Source of the DNA: a bacterium
Lineage (GTDB): Bacteria; SZUA-182; DTGQ01; JAFGSM01
Assembly (NCBI GenBank): GCA_049472315.1
Contig: JBLIRN010000012.1
Location: 11,656 to 75,655, forward strand
DNA length: 64,000 nt
Direction: 5' to 3'
In this document: positions 1 through 9,922 of the stretch, one piece after another
Position numbering within the stretch: the stretch's first letter is position 1
Layout: each line of letters opens with the position of its first letter
The notes under the pieces: model-generated
Databases searched by the model: none
What the model was told of the DNA's origin: nothing
What the model saw: the letters and a program-made list of their open reading frames with translations, nothing else
Made by a program: the position numbers and the translations under genes

Positions 1-59
1 AATCAACAGGGAAAATGCCCATCTTTTTATCAAAATCTTATGAGGACACTTTATATAAA

Positions 60-88
60 ATTATAAACAAATTATTTTTAAAAGTCAA
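60..88 (-). promoter_or_regulatory. Putative sigma70 promoter pointing out of the window
   Basis: Minus strand TTGACT-N17-TATAAT in AT-rich DNA. Confidence 0.55.
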
Positions 89-353
89 TCTAATAGTATC
101 GATGTTATGTCAAGACAATATTATGGAAATACAAACACTTTTATATATTTTTCTATTTATACTATTATCACATTTTTTTAGAATGATTATCAGATTTCCC
201 AGCCAAGAGGGCATTGGATAGTATGCCCATGATAATCCCTGAAACTGATACGGAGAGATAGCGACACAATGGTTTTGACAGATGTCTATTGGTAAGAATG
301 GAGAAGAGAAAGGCAGCGGTATCGCACGAACCAACGGGACGGTATCACGCTTA

Positions 354-3083
354 TCATTTCTGGAGCCTGATCTGTTCCTGTAACTGCCGGGAGCCCTGAA
401 AATCCGGCTGAAGACGGAGGCATTCCTTCAAGGCAATGTCCGCATCATCGTAGAGTCCCTGTTTGAAATAGGCAACAGCGCAGTTAAAGTGGATGGCCGG
501 ATCATCAGGCCTGAGCTCGGATGCCTTCATCCACGCACGGCCCGCCTTTTCATACTGCTCGGACTGAAAATAGACCATCCCCAGGTTCACCAGGTGGGTG
601 GGGACATCCACGGGTCTGCCGGCAAAGGCCTGTTTCCATTCCTGTTGCGCATGTTCAAAATCACCCCCGTCAAAATAGAGGTTGCCCAGGTTCAGGTGGG
701 CGCCTGCAAGGTCAGGCGACAGCTCCAGGGTACGCTGCCATTCCTGTGCTGCCTCCGCTGTATTTCCAAGGGCATGATACGCCTTGCCCAGATTGTAGTG
801 AGCCCTCGGATCAACAGGGGCGATTGCGACCATGCGCTGAAAGTCGTCTATCGCCTCATCGAATTCCTGATTCTGCAGGTGCAGATACCCCAGTTGAGTG
901 AGGGCATCGGCGGAATGGGGGTCTGTTTCGATGGCCCGCGTGAAGAGCCGTTCGGCATTGGTCCGCTCATTCATGCTCATGTAGAGCATCCCCAGATTGA
1001 TCATGGCCTTCACGTAATCGGGGCGCAATTCCAGCGCCCTCTTCAGCATGGTGAGCGCCTGGTCGTATTTCCCCTGCCCGATATACAGGCTTCCCAGGTT
1101 GTTATTGGCCTCCTCACTGTTGGGATCCAGACGTACCGCCTCCTCAAAAAGCGCCGTTGCTTGGTCAGTCATTCCCCACCGCACATAGATCAATCCGAGA
1201 TTATTGTGGGCGGTGACATGGGAGGGATCAACCTCCAGCACCTTCTTGAATTGTGCAGCCGCCGCCTGGAGGTCATTTCCTTGAAGAAAGAGATTTCCCA
1301 GATGGTTCAGTGCGTCGGCATAATCCGGGTCCAGCTCGATCGCCTTTTGAATGCTCGCAATGGCGGCCTTCAGGTTCCCCGTTTTACTGTACACAAGGCT
1401 CAAATTGTAATAAACCTCAGAATATTCAACAAGTTCAAGCGCTGCATGATATTCGTTCTCCGCCTTTTCCCACTCCCCTCGCTGGTAGTAGATAACCCCC
1501 AGGTGATTGTGGACATCCAGGTGGGTCTGATCCATGCTCAGAACCTTGTTGAACAGGGCCTCTGCCTTTTCCAGGTCATTTATGCTTTCGTAGGCGCACG
1601 CAAGATTGAAGTAGCCTGCAGTGTTATCCTTATCCAGGTCCACCACCTTCTGGAAGGCCTCGATTGCCTTGTCATAGAGCCCTATGAGGAGATACCCCAT
1701 CCCATCGTCGATGTAGTTCATGATATGAATCTTATCCTTGGGATCGGGCTTTGGCTTTTCCTCCTGGTCGGCGGTCCGGGGCTGTGTCCACACATACCCG
1801 AGACTCCTCAGCCGCTGCTCAGTCTCAGGATCCATGGTCGCCTGGGGCTGTGCCTTGACCATCGGGGGGTACTCCCGTTTCAACTGATCGAGGCTGTTTT
1901 TCCATGCGGCGTGATCCTCGGGCGACTGTGCCAGCACATTGTTCATTTCCCCTGCATCCCTGCCCAGATGGTAGAGCTCGGATACCGGGGCCTGGATGAA
2001 TTTCCACTCCGGCGTCCGTATCCCCTCAAGGGCGCTCCAGCCGAAATTGAGCTCAGGGCAGAGGCTTTCGCAGATCAACTGCGGATGGATCTGCACATCC
2101 TTCCCGCGCATGAGGGGAATGAGGCTCTTTCCGGCAAGGCCCTTCAGAGGCTTGAATCCGAACAGATCGATCACGGTGGGCGTGACATCCATATTGCTCA
2201 CCTGGGCAGTGATGGTCCTGCCGCCCTCCAAAAGGCCTGGTACCTTGACGATAAGTGGGACATGAAGGGTTGAATCGTAGATAAAGACCGCATGGGTAAG
2301 CTCGTTGTGGTCACCCAACCCCTCCCCGTGATCCGCAGTCAGAATAATCACGGTCTTGTCGAGCAGTCCCATATCCGCCATGCCCTTGAATAGCTCCCCC
2401 AGGCAGTGGTCCGTATAGGCGATCTCGCCGTCATACAGGTGATCCCTGTAATCAAGGGTATAGGGATAGGGAGGGAAGTAGGGGGAGTGCGGGTCGTAGT
2501 AATGGAGCCACAGAAAAAATTTGTCACCCTGGTTTCGCTTTAGAAAGCGAAGCCCGATCCTGGTGACCTGACCTGCGTTCCTCTCATTGAACAAGACATT
2601 GGTTCGTTTCTTGCCCGGGGTGAAATTATCATCATAAAAATCAAAACCCTGGTCCAGTCCGAAGATGGAATCGAGGACAAAGGCGCCCACGCAGGCACCT
2701 GTCTGATACCCATTTTCCCGCATGACCTCTGCCAGGGTAAGAACCTCCGGGCTCAGATAAAAGTTTCCATTGTTCCTTACCCCATGCTGTGAGGGATAGA
2801 GGCCGGTCATGATGGAGGTATGGGAGGGCAAGGTGATGGGCACGGGGGTGATGGCCTGGGTGAAGACCGCCCCTTCGGAGGCCAGTCGATCGATTACGGG
2901 AGTTTTCACCCTGCTGTATCCGTAACATCCCAGATGATCGGCACGAAGCGTATCAATGGTGATAATGAGAAGGTTGTAGTCGAGCGGCTTGGACCTGGAG
3001 CCCATTGCCATGGCCCCTGATCCGAAGGAGAGGCAGAGGGCGGCAACCACGAGAAACAGGGGAAGCGCGCTAAGGCGTCTCAT
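354..3083 (-). CDS. Exported sulfatase-like (alkaline phosphatase superfamily) hydrolase/transferase with C-terminal TPR array
   Basis: Signal peptide; ITIDTLRADHL, PITLPSHTSIMTGLYP, WLHYYDPH, ADHGEGL motifs; about 13 TPR units in the C-terminal half. Confidence 0.9.
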   Translation of the reverse strand: MRRLSALPLFLVVAALCLSFGSGAMAMGSRSKPLDYNLLIITIDTLRADHLGCYGYSRVKTPVIDRLASEGAVFTQAITPVPITLPSHTSIMTGLYPSQHGVRNNGNFYLSPEVLTLAEVMRENGYQTGACVGAFVLDSIFGLDQGFDFYDDNFTPGKKRTNVLFNERNAGQVTRIGLRFLKRNQGDKFFLWLHYYDPHSPYFPPYPYTLDYRDHLYDGEIAYTDHCLGELFKGMADMGLLDKTVIILTADHGEGLGDHNELTHAVFIYDSTLHVPLIVKVPGLLEGGRTITAQVSNMDVTPTVIDLFGFKPLKGLAGKSLIPLMRGKDVQIHPQLICESLCPELNFGWSALEGIRTPEWKFIQAPVSELYHLGRDAGEMNNVLAQSPEDHAAWKNSLDQLKREYPPMVKAQPQATMDPETEQRLRSLGYVWTQPRTADQEEKPKPDPKDKIHIMNYIDDGMGYLLIGLYDKAIEAFQKVVDLDKDNTAGYFNLACAYESINDLEKAEALFNKVLSMDQTHLDVHNHLGVIYYQRGEWEKAENEYHAALELVEYSEVYYNLSLVYSKTGNLKAAIASIQKAIELDPDYADALNHLGNLFLQGNDLQAAAAQFKKVLEVDPSHVTAHNNLGLIYVRWGMTDQATALFEEAVRLDPNSEEANNNLGSLYIGQGKYDQALTMLKRALELRPDYVKAMINLGMLYMSMNERTNAERLFTRAIETDPHSADALTQLGYLHLQNQEFDEAIDDFQRMVAIAPVDPRAHYNLGKAYHALGNTAEAAQEWQRTLELSPDLAGAHLNLGNLYFDGGDFEHAQQEWKQAFAGRPVDVPTHLVNLGMVYFQSEQYEKAGRAWMKASELRPDDPAIHFNCAVAYFKQGLYDDADIALKECLRLQPDFQGSRQLQEQIRLQK

Positions 3084-5293
3084 TTCTTTTCGCCCTTTTC
3101 TACCATGGGATAGAGCCTCACCAGCATCTGCCGCGCCTGGACGAAATCGGGCTTTATATTGAGGGCCTCCTGGAATTCATCAATGGCATCCCTGAGGTTA
3201 TTCCGTTTGTAGTGGATGAATCCCAGATTGAAATGGGCCTCGGCACTCATGGGATCATGCGCTATTGCCTGTTTGAACGCATGAATGGCTTCATCGAGCC
3301 TATCCTGCTGAAAATAGACAAGGCCGAGAAAATAGTGGGCACGGCTGAAATCCGGCCTTATGGCGACCGCCTTCTTCAGGACATCCAGGGCATCGGGGAG
3401 GCGCTCGGTCGCCTGATACACGGAACCGAGACTCAGCAGTGCCATGGTGTCGTTCGGATCCTTTTGCAGAACGGCATCCGCCTCGGACACGGCGCTGTCG
3501 AAATCCCCCAATCTCTGGTACACCACCGAAAGATAATTATGGGCGCTGGTATCGCCGGAGTCAAGCTCCAGGACCTTCCGGAAATAATCCCGCGCCTGTG
3601 GCCACTCCCCTTGCTGAAAATGGTAGAGGGCCATATTGGTATACGCCTCTTTGCACCGGGGGTTGAAATCGAGGGCCTTTTTGAAGGTGGCAAGCCCCTC
3701 CTCGTAGCGACCCACCTTCATGTAGCCCACCCCGAGTTGAATGTAGATCCGCAGGTTCTCCGACTCCAGCTCAAGGGCCTTTTCAAACGCCTCAATGGAT
3801 TTGGCATCCTCTCCCATTGCATCGTAGATATGGCCTATGGTGACATAGGCATCGGTATTCTCCGGATGGAGCTTCAACACCTTTTGAAACAGGCGCAACG
3901 CCTTGTCGTATTCTGCCTCTGCAAAATAGGCGGCCCCCTTGTCGATATCCTCAAGGACCTTGATCATATCCTTGGGATCGGGATATGTCTTCCTCTGTTC
4001 GCCGCTGGTGGGCGTCCATACATACCCGAGGCTCCTCATCTTCTCCATCGTCTCCTTGTCCATTGCCACCTGCTGCGACGGGGCCTCGCCTTCCGGCTCC
4101 ATTTCTTTGACCACCTCGGCAAAACGAAGGGTCATGACCTTGGCCTGTTCCCTTTCCTTCTTGAATAGGTTTGCCTTCTCCTCAGTGTCCTTATCCAGAC
4201 GATAGAGTTCCTCTGTGGGGGCCTCGATATACTTCCACGTCTCGGTCCTCAATCCCTTTAGGGGACTCCAGTTGTGGGTGGATTTCGGGTAAAAGGATTC
4301 GCAGTAAAGATCGAGTTCCCGTGCGGACCCCTTACCCAGCATCATTGGGGACAATGAGACACCCTGCATATGTTCGGGTATCTTGTATCCGATTATCTCA
4401 AGGATCGTGGGGGTTATGTCGATCAACCGTACGAGGCGGGGGATGCGTTTTCCGGCCGGGAGCATGCGCGGGCAACTGATGATCATGGGCACCCATATGG
4501 TCGAGTCGTAGATGAAAATCCCGTGGTTTTTTTCATGGTGGTCCCCGAGGCCCTCCCCATGATCACCCGCGAACAGAATGAGGGTGTTCTGGGTCAGTCC
4601 GAGGCTGTCCATTCTGTCAAACAGTTTCCCAAGCCAGTAATCGGCATAGGCGATCTCCCCGTCATAGGGGTTCTTTTTGTAGGTATCGTCATAGGGGGAA
4701 GGAGGCGCCCAGGCATCATGGGGATCGAAGTAGTGAACCCACAGGAAAAAGCCCTTCTCCCCTACCCTATCCAGCCATTCCATTGCCGCCCTGGTGACGG
4801 TCTCCGCGCGCCTCTCCTTCTGTTTCAGCTTCGGCTCCACATTGGTCTCCAGGTCGTCGTCGTAGGTGTCGAATCCCTGATCAAGGCCGAAACGCCTGTC
4901 AAGGACATAGGCGGACACGAAGGCTGCGGTTGCATACCCGCGGTCCTTGAGCATTTCCGGAAGGGTCACCACGGAATCCGGGAGTGCATAGGTCGCATTG
5001 TTCCGAATGCCGTGCGACGGGGGATAAAGCCCGGTGAGCATGGAGGAATGGGAGGGGAAGGTTATGGGCACCGGGGTGAACGCCTTCTCAAAGAGACACC
5101 CCCTTTTTGCCAGGCGATCGATGTTCGGCGTCTTCACCTGCTTGTATCCGTAACATGCGATGTGATCGGCACGGGTGGTATCGAAGGTTACCAGGAGGAT
5201 GTTCAATCGCGGGGGCTTTTCCGCCTCCGCGATTGAACATATTAAAAGGGAAATAAGGGAGAAGATGAAAACGCGTTTTACCCTATCAATCAT
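3080..5293 (-). CDS. Exported sulfatase-like hydrolase/transferase with TPR array (paralog)
   Basis: Signal peptide; VTFDTTRADHI, PITFPSHSSMLTGLYP, WVHYFDPH, GDHGEGL; about 8 TPRs; ATG overlaps the upstream stop (TGATG) and its stop overlaps the next ATG (ATGA). Confidence 0.9.
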   Translation of the reverse strand: MIDRVKRVFIFSLISLLICSIAEAEKPPRLNILLVTFDTTRADHIACYGYKQVKTPNIDRLAKRGCLFEKAFTPVPITFPSHSSMLTGLYPPSHGIRNNATYALPDSVVTLPEMLKDRGYATAAFVSAYVLDRRFGLDQGFDTYDDDLETNVEPKLKQKERRAETVTRAAMEWLDRVGEKGFFLWVHYFDPHDAWAPPSPYDDTYKKNPYDGEIAYADYWLGKLFDRMDSLGLTQNTLILFAGDHGEGLGDHHEKNHGIFIYDSTIWVPMIISCPRMLPAGKRIPRLVRLIDITPTILEIIGYKIPEHMQGVSLSPMMLGKGSARELDLYCESFYPKSTHNWSPLKGLRTETWKYIEAPTEELYRLDKDTEEKANLFKKEREQAKVMTLRFAEVVKEMEPEGEAPSQQVAMDKETMEKMRSLGYVWTPTSGEQRKTYPDPKDMIKVLEDIDKGAAYFAEAEYDKALRLFQKVLKLHPENTDAYVTIGHIYDAMGEDAKSIEAFEKALELESENLRIYIQLGVGYMKVGRYEEGLATFKKALDFNPRCKEAYTNMALYHFQQGEWPQARDYFRKVLELDSGDTSAHNYLSVVYQRLGDFDSAVSEADAVLQKDPNDTMALLSLGSVYQATERLPDALDVLKKAVAIRPDFSRAHYFLGLVYFQQDRLDEAIHAFKQAIAHDPMSAEAHFNLGFIHYKRNNLRDAIDEFQEALNIKPDFVQARQMLVRLYPMVEKGEKK

Positions 5294-5670
5294 CAAAACA
5301 TAAACTCCTTCATAAATGGAATTATGGCCTGTCTCGGGGCGATATCATAGGTAGCGGCATAATTGGTGACCAGAGCCCCATAATAATCCGCCAGCGGGTC
5401 ATGGGCATACAGGAACGGGGTAGTCTGGGCCATGTCGAAGAATTTGAGGGCGTAAACCAGATAGCTATACCCTCCAAGGGCAGGCATATAATAATAAGGA
5501 TACCCGGAGAACCGGGAGAGGTTCATGAGAGAAAAATAGGTATATCCAGGAAACCCGTACCCCCACAGTGAATACTGGGCTGAGGTAATGCCGCTGAACA
5601 AACATACGATTACCCCTGCGATCATGACAATACAAAGAACCATCACACAACACCTCGTCAATCGTGCCAT
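5293..5670 (-). CDS. Small secreted Tyr/Gly-rich hypothetical protein
   Basis: Signal peptide ending TSA|QY; GGGGGGAG RBS; stop overlaps the start of the sulfatase-like gene. Confidence 0.75.
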   Translation of the reverse strand: MARLTRCCVMVLCIVMIAGVIVCLFSGITSAQYSLWGYGFPGYTYFSLMNLSRFSGYPYYYMPALGGYSYLVYALKFFDMAQTTPFLYAHDPLADYYGALVTNYAATYDIAPRQAIIPFMKEFMF

Positions 5671-6089
5671 GATACTCTCCCCCCCTTTGTTATTCTCTCC
5701 CTTTTCCTGCCTAAAATCAAGGAGGAATGAAGGGAGTCGGCAATTTCAATTGTGACATTTGATAGCCGTGGGCAGGCCCTTTCGGAATGAAGTGGGAAGG
5801 CCTTTTAAAGGCTTTTTGTACAAAACAAGACCTATGACATTGCGGATCTTGAGTAAAAAGTTTTCCGCACTGTAGACGAGCGAGTCTCAAAAACTCTAAA
5901 AGGCCTACCCATGTAACAAGGTCAATATGTTTTCTCACCCTTTTAGACCAAAGGCATCACCTCCGGATCCATCTTCTTGTGATCCCTAACTGGGCATAAT
6001 TACCCACTGTTTGCGGCGGGGATCATTCATCTCCAGATCAAAAATTTCAATAACCATCCTAATGGATCCCGCTCCGGTCCGAATCAAAA

Positions 6090-6665
6090 TTACCATGACG
6101 TAGCTGCCAAAACCCCTGGAACCCCATACACGTCATAATAGGTCAGAAGCGAAAATGGATCGACACCCAGGGCATTGCCGTACCCGAGCAAATAGTACTG
6201 ATTGCTCAATTCAAAAAGATACAAGGCAAGCGAGAGTGGCGGCGGTTTAAGAATGGACCAGCCTAATGGCAATGCGATCGGGACCGGTGCGCCTGATATC
6301 GGATCCAGCAAGTCAGGGGGCGGAAATGGCTTCAATCCGAAAAATACATCATAGTACACAACCCCTCCGGGCGAATTATATAGAAGCCATGGATTCACAT
6401 ACCCCATGGGTAGCTCAAATCCATTGGGATTGAACAGATAGGTCGGCTGAACCGGCAGTATGGTACTGCGGGTCACCTCGCTCAACAATGGCGTGGGAAG
6501 GCCGGTGAGCGGATCGGGTGGGGAATAGACCGGAGACCACAGGGGCCAAAGCAGATTATAAGGGGGCATGATTGCCCAATCCTGTGCCGAAGCCGGTGTG
6601 CCCTTGATTAACAAAAGGACCATCATCAAGGTCAAGAGCAGGAATAACCATTTTTTTCTCATCAT
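6090..6665 (-). CDS. Secreted Pro-rich protein, paralog P9 (subtype B) of an unassigned family
   Basis: Signal ASA|QDW; PPYNLLWPLWSP, LPVQP, two DPx(T/S)GxPxP motifs; AAGGAG RBS. Confidence 0.9.
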   Translation of the reverse strand: MMRKKWLFLLLTLMMVLLLIKGTPASAQDWAIMPPYNLLWPLWSPVYSPPDPLTGLPTPLLSEVTRSTILPVQPTYLFNPNGFELPMGYVNPWLLYNSPGGVVYYDVFFGLKPFPPPDLLDPISGAPVPIALPLGWSILKPPPLSLALYLFELSNQYYLLGYGNALGVDPFSLLTYYDVYGVPGVLAATSW

Positions 6666-6722
6666 TGTTCATCTCCTTACGTATTAATTAGGTTCGATTC
6701 AATTTTCATCAAATCAATTGAT

Positions 6723-7301
6723 CTAGTATACGCCCACAGTGAGTGGGGGTATCCCCCAGAATTCTGCAGGTGTGAGCAGGTTCGCAAGCGGCACGCCATA
6801 GGTGTTGGCGTACACCAGATTTCCCAGGATATAATGATAGGCGTTGATTTCATCAAACGCAATCGATCCTAAAAGCCAATAGGATAAAGGCAGGGGAATG
6901 GGCGCCGGGGTACCGGTCAATGGATCCAGCATGTAATCCGGGGGAAATGGTCTCATCCCGTAGTATTGATCCCAGATCATGAGTCCGCCACCAAAGGCCA
7001 GAGGGGCATTATACGCCAGCCATGGCAAAGGTCCGTTATTCGCCTCCGGGGAGGCAGGGTCCCATATCATGGCCGGCTGAACCGGAAGTATCGTCATTCG
7101 GGTCAGGGCGTTGACCAGAGGGGTCGGCACGCCGGTAATCGGGTCCAGCGGAGACAGAGCCGGAGACCACAATGGCCACAATACATTATAGGGCGGCAAG
7201 GCAACCCAGTTGTCTGCCTGGGCATAGGTGAAAAACAACAGGCCCACCAGAACAGTCAATATCATGATTAAAAATATGTTCCATCTTTTTCTATGCATCA
7301 T
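6723..7301 (-). CDS. Secreted Pro-rich protein, paralog P8 (subtype A)
   Basis: Signal AQA|DNW; PPYNVLWPLWSP, LPVQP, YGVPL..LLT..FWG. Confidence 0.9.
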   Translation of the reverse strand: MMHRKRWNIFLIMILTVLVGLLFFTYAQADNWVALPPYNVLWPLWSPALSPLDPITGVPTPLVNALTRMTILPVQPAMIWDPASPEANNGPLPWLAYNAPLAFGGGLMIWDQYYGMRPFPPDYMLDPLTGTPAPIPLPLSYWLLGSIAFDEINAYHYILGNLVYANTYGVPLANLLTPAEFWGIPPLTVGVY

Positions 7302-7385
7302 TATTCTCCCTTCCATTCAATGATCTCTTCCCTGGATCGGGGATTATTTCATTCATTCAACGGACTCCCTCCCACGATGAGCACC

Positions 7386-7970
7386 TTACAAAATAATGGG
7401 TGTCGTCGGGACACCGGTACGCAGCACTGGTCCCCAGATATCAAAGGGCTGTAACAGGCTCAGGAATTCCAGGCCGCTGAGTCCGAAGGTAAGGGCGTAG
7501 TAGATATTCGCCATGGGCACGTAATATTCCCATTCCCCTGATGCATAGGGTGCCAACAGGGTGGGTGCCAATGGCAGAGGAATCGGTGCTGGCGCACCGG
7601 TCAGAGGATCCAGCATATAACTTGGCGGCCAGGGATTGATGCCATACGCCTCATGATAATACAACAGCCCTGAGCCGAAGGCCGCGGGCGTATTATATAG
7701 AAGATATGGCACCGGTTGGCATGGGTCCCAGACCAAACCGGGCTGGACCGGCAGTACCGTATTCCTGGTCAATGAACTGACCAGGGGTGTCGTTAGGCCC
7801 GTGATCGGATCAAGGGGTGATAATCCGGGAGACCAAAGGGGCCACAAGACATTATAGGGTGGCATAATGGTCCAGTACTGGGCCTGAATACTGATGGCGC
7901 AAACCAGACACAACGCCGCCATAAAGGTCATCATGACAATAAGGCTTTTGCAGTTCTTTGACATATTCAT
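7386..7970 (-). CDS. Secreted Pro-rich protein, paralog P7 (subtype C)
   Basis: Signal IQA|QYW; PPYNVLWPLWSP; YALTFGLSGLEFLSLL; GGAGG RBS. Confidence 0.9.
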   Translation of the reverse strand: MNMSKNCKSLIVMMTFMAALCLVCAISIQAQYWTIMPPYNVLWPLWSPGLSPLDPITGLTTPLVSSLTRNTVLPVQPGLVWDPCQPVPYLLYNTPAAFGSGLLYYHEAYGINPWPPSYMLDPLTGAPAPIPLPLAPTLLAPYASGEWEYYVPMANIYYALTFGLSGLEFLSLLQPFDIWGPVLRTGVPTTPIIL

Positions 7971-8034
7971 TTGTCCCTCCGAACCTTATTTCACTTCAAT
8001 AAAACCAGCTCTCATTAAACAAAGGTAGGTATTG

Positions 8035-8128
8035 ATCATCCACCGATCACCTCCCGGTAGTAACAATAATTGTTTTTGCATCGCAAAGAGAATGGTATGT
8101 ATCATCCATCGATCACCTCCCGGCAGTA
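8035..8128. repeat. Direct repeat of 28 bp, period 66 bp, each copy carrying GGGAGGTGA plus a start codon on the minus strand
   Basis: atcatccaYcgatcacctcccggYagta at 8035-8062 and 8101-8128. Confidence 0.8.
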
Positions 8129-8238
8129 TGGATAATGGGTTTCCCGTATGAAGGGATTGAATGGTTATGGATCGTAATCGACTGTGTCATCAAATATTCG
8201 AGTGCGGAGAACGGCGATGCTCCCTCAGAGGGACATGA

Positions 8239-8646
8239 TTAGCAGAGGATTGTGGAGACCTCGATGATCTGAATGTGTTGGGATGGAATATCTTCTAAGA
8301 ATGCAATGGCTCTCTGGTAGGTATTTAATCCGATAAATTTGAGGTGTCCGGAAGGGTCAAACAGGCTTGCACATGACCTCAAAACGGCCGGAGGGGAAAG
8401 AAATGCATAATGTCTTCTCGATTCATTCTCATTGTCCATATTCTCCAGAATGTCAACGAAGTTCCTTGGTCCTGCATGTGCATGACGAGAGGGTATATCT
8501 GATACAAGCGTTCTGAGAATATGACCGCTCAGGTCCAGAAATTCACATATCCCGATGTGCGTACATCGTACGTATTCAGGTGCGTCGAATGTACTCATGA
8601 AAAGGAAAAGGCACACCAAGCTTAGTACAAGGAATCTGCGACTCAT
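8239..8646 (-). CDS. Hypothetical protein with N-terminal hydrophobic segment
   Basis: MSRRFLVLSLVCLFLF signal/anchor-like start; weak internal repeat SGH...DIPS(R/Q)H. Confidence 0.5.
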   Translation of the reverse strand: MSRRFLVLSLVCLFLFMSTFDAPEYVRCTHIGICEFLDLSGHILRTLVSDIPSRHAHAGPRNFVDILENMDNENESRRHYAFLSPPAVLRSCASLFDPSGHLKFIGLNTYQRAIAFLEDIPSQHIQIIEVSTILC

Positions 8647-9141
8647 AGCATATTCCACCTGATTGGTATTTCCTGCCGGAGTCACGATTATCGTTAACTC
8701 TCAGAAAACTGCACAAGGGTACTGAACCCTTACCATACATAGTACACGTGCAAAAGGGAAAGTGAGTAAAGCAGCAATGCTAAAAAAGAGGAGAACGGAG
8801 CTTGTAAAAAGCAAATCGAAAAAGGCCGAGCGATTCGAGCAGAACCCATCTCAGCAGGAAAGGGGAGAGGAAGATGACCGTATGCGATGATGATAAAGAG
8901 AACTTGCCAGCAGGGGCCCCTTATTGCATGTTCATCAAGTGGGAGCGATTACTGTGTTCCCATTCGGTCTCTTACGCTATGATATTTTTGACTACGGAAT
9001 ATTTGTGAGGCGGAGCGGTTGTCATGCTGTTGTCTTGATACGGCAATGACCGCCCCTCTCATTAATGATGTTGCTCCTCCTTCAAAAAGGTGGATGCGGT
9101 GCCATCTGTTATAGAAATACAATATTCTTTTCTTACTCTTT

Positions 9142-9170
9142 ATTATAAAAAATTTATTATACAGAGTCAA
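9142..9170 (-). promoter_or_regulatory. Putative sigma70 promoter inside the paralog array
   Basis: TTGACT-N17-TATAAT on the minus strand. Confidence 0.65.
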
Positions 9171-9229
9171 GATTCTTTTTTGTATATAATATATAGACAT
9201 CTTAAAAATGGAAAGAACCGTTGGAAGTG

Positions 9230-9272
9230 ATCGAAGTCCTGCGAGGGGATAGTCCCCGCGCAGGACTTCGAT
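9230..9272 (-). terminator. Strong hairpin downstream of paralog P6 (terminator or mRNA stabiliser)
   Basis: atcgaagtcctgcgagggga-tag-tccccgcgcaggacttcgat, about 20-bp stem; U-tract weak. Confidence 0.55.
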
Positions 9273-9309
9273 GGTTGCTCCCGGCAAAGCCCCCCTCTGA
9301 GGCCATTGT

Positions 9310-9888
9310 TCACAGAATCGGCAGGCCGAAGGCCTGTGCCGCAGTGACCAGTGATGCGGGATTGATTCCCAGGTTATACCCATAGGCAAGCATATAATAG
9401 AGATTGCCCAGATCATACAGATAGGTTGCCTGGACAATGCCGAGTACGGCGGATGCCGTACTGAGCAGGGAGTAACCGGGCAGCAGGGTAATAGGAGCAG
9501 GCACCCCGGTAACCGAATCGAGGTAGCTTGCCGGTGGCCAGGGATTTATCCCGTAGAGCGTGTCGAAGAAAACCAAACCGGTGGGGCCGTTATACAGGAG
9601 CCACGGCGGTATCGTCCCCAACATGGCCCAGCCGAGTTTCGGCAGGGTGGGATCCCAGGCCATGACAGGCTGCACCGGGAGCACCGTGCTGCTGGTAAGC
9701 TGGGTCACCAGGGGAGTGGGAACACCTGTAATAGGGTCCGGCGGTGAGTAGAACGGGGTGTAAAGGGGCCACAGGACATTGTACGGCGGCATGGCCACCC
9801 AGTTCTGTGCCGTGGCTCCCTGAATACTCACCAGGACTATGACGACAGCAACAGGTATGAGCACATACCATCTCTTTTGTGTAAGCAT
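9310..9888 (-). CDS. Secreted Pro-rich protein, paralog P6 (subtype B)
   Basis: Signal ATA|QNW; PPYNVLWPLYTP; YNGPTG; YGYNLGINPASLVT; AAGGAGG RBS. Confidence 0.9.
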   Translation of the reverse strand: MLTQKRWYVLIPVAVVIVLVSIQGATAQNWVAMPPYNVLWPLYTPFYSPPDPITGVPTPLVTQLTSSTVLPVQPVMAWDPTLPKLGWAMLGTIPPWLLYNGPTGLVFFDTLYGINPWPPASYLDSVTGVPAPITLLPGYSLLSTASAVLGIVQATYLYDLGNLYYMLAYGYNLGINPASLVTAAQAFGLPIL

Positions 9889-9922
9889 GGGCATTATCCT
9901 CCTTCTCCGCATAGTAGGCCTA

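Noticed and set aside
489..5236. Long plus-strand ORFs (594, 318, 288 aa)
   Set aside because: Antisense shadows of the sulfatase-like/TPR genes with no recognisable motifs
5671..6089. Riboswitch (e.g. c-di-GMP-I) between the array and the sulfatase-like operon
   Set aside because: Only short palindromes are present; the conserved riboswitch motifs could not be found by eye
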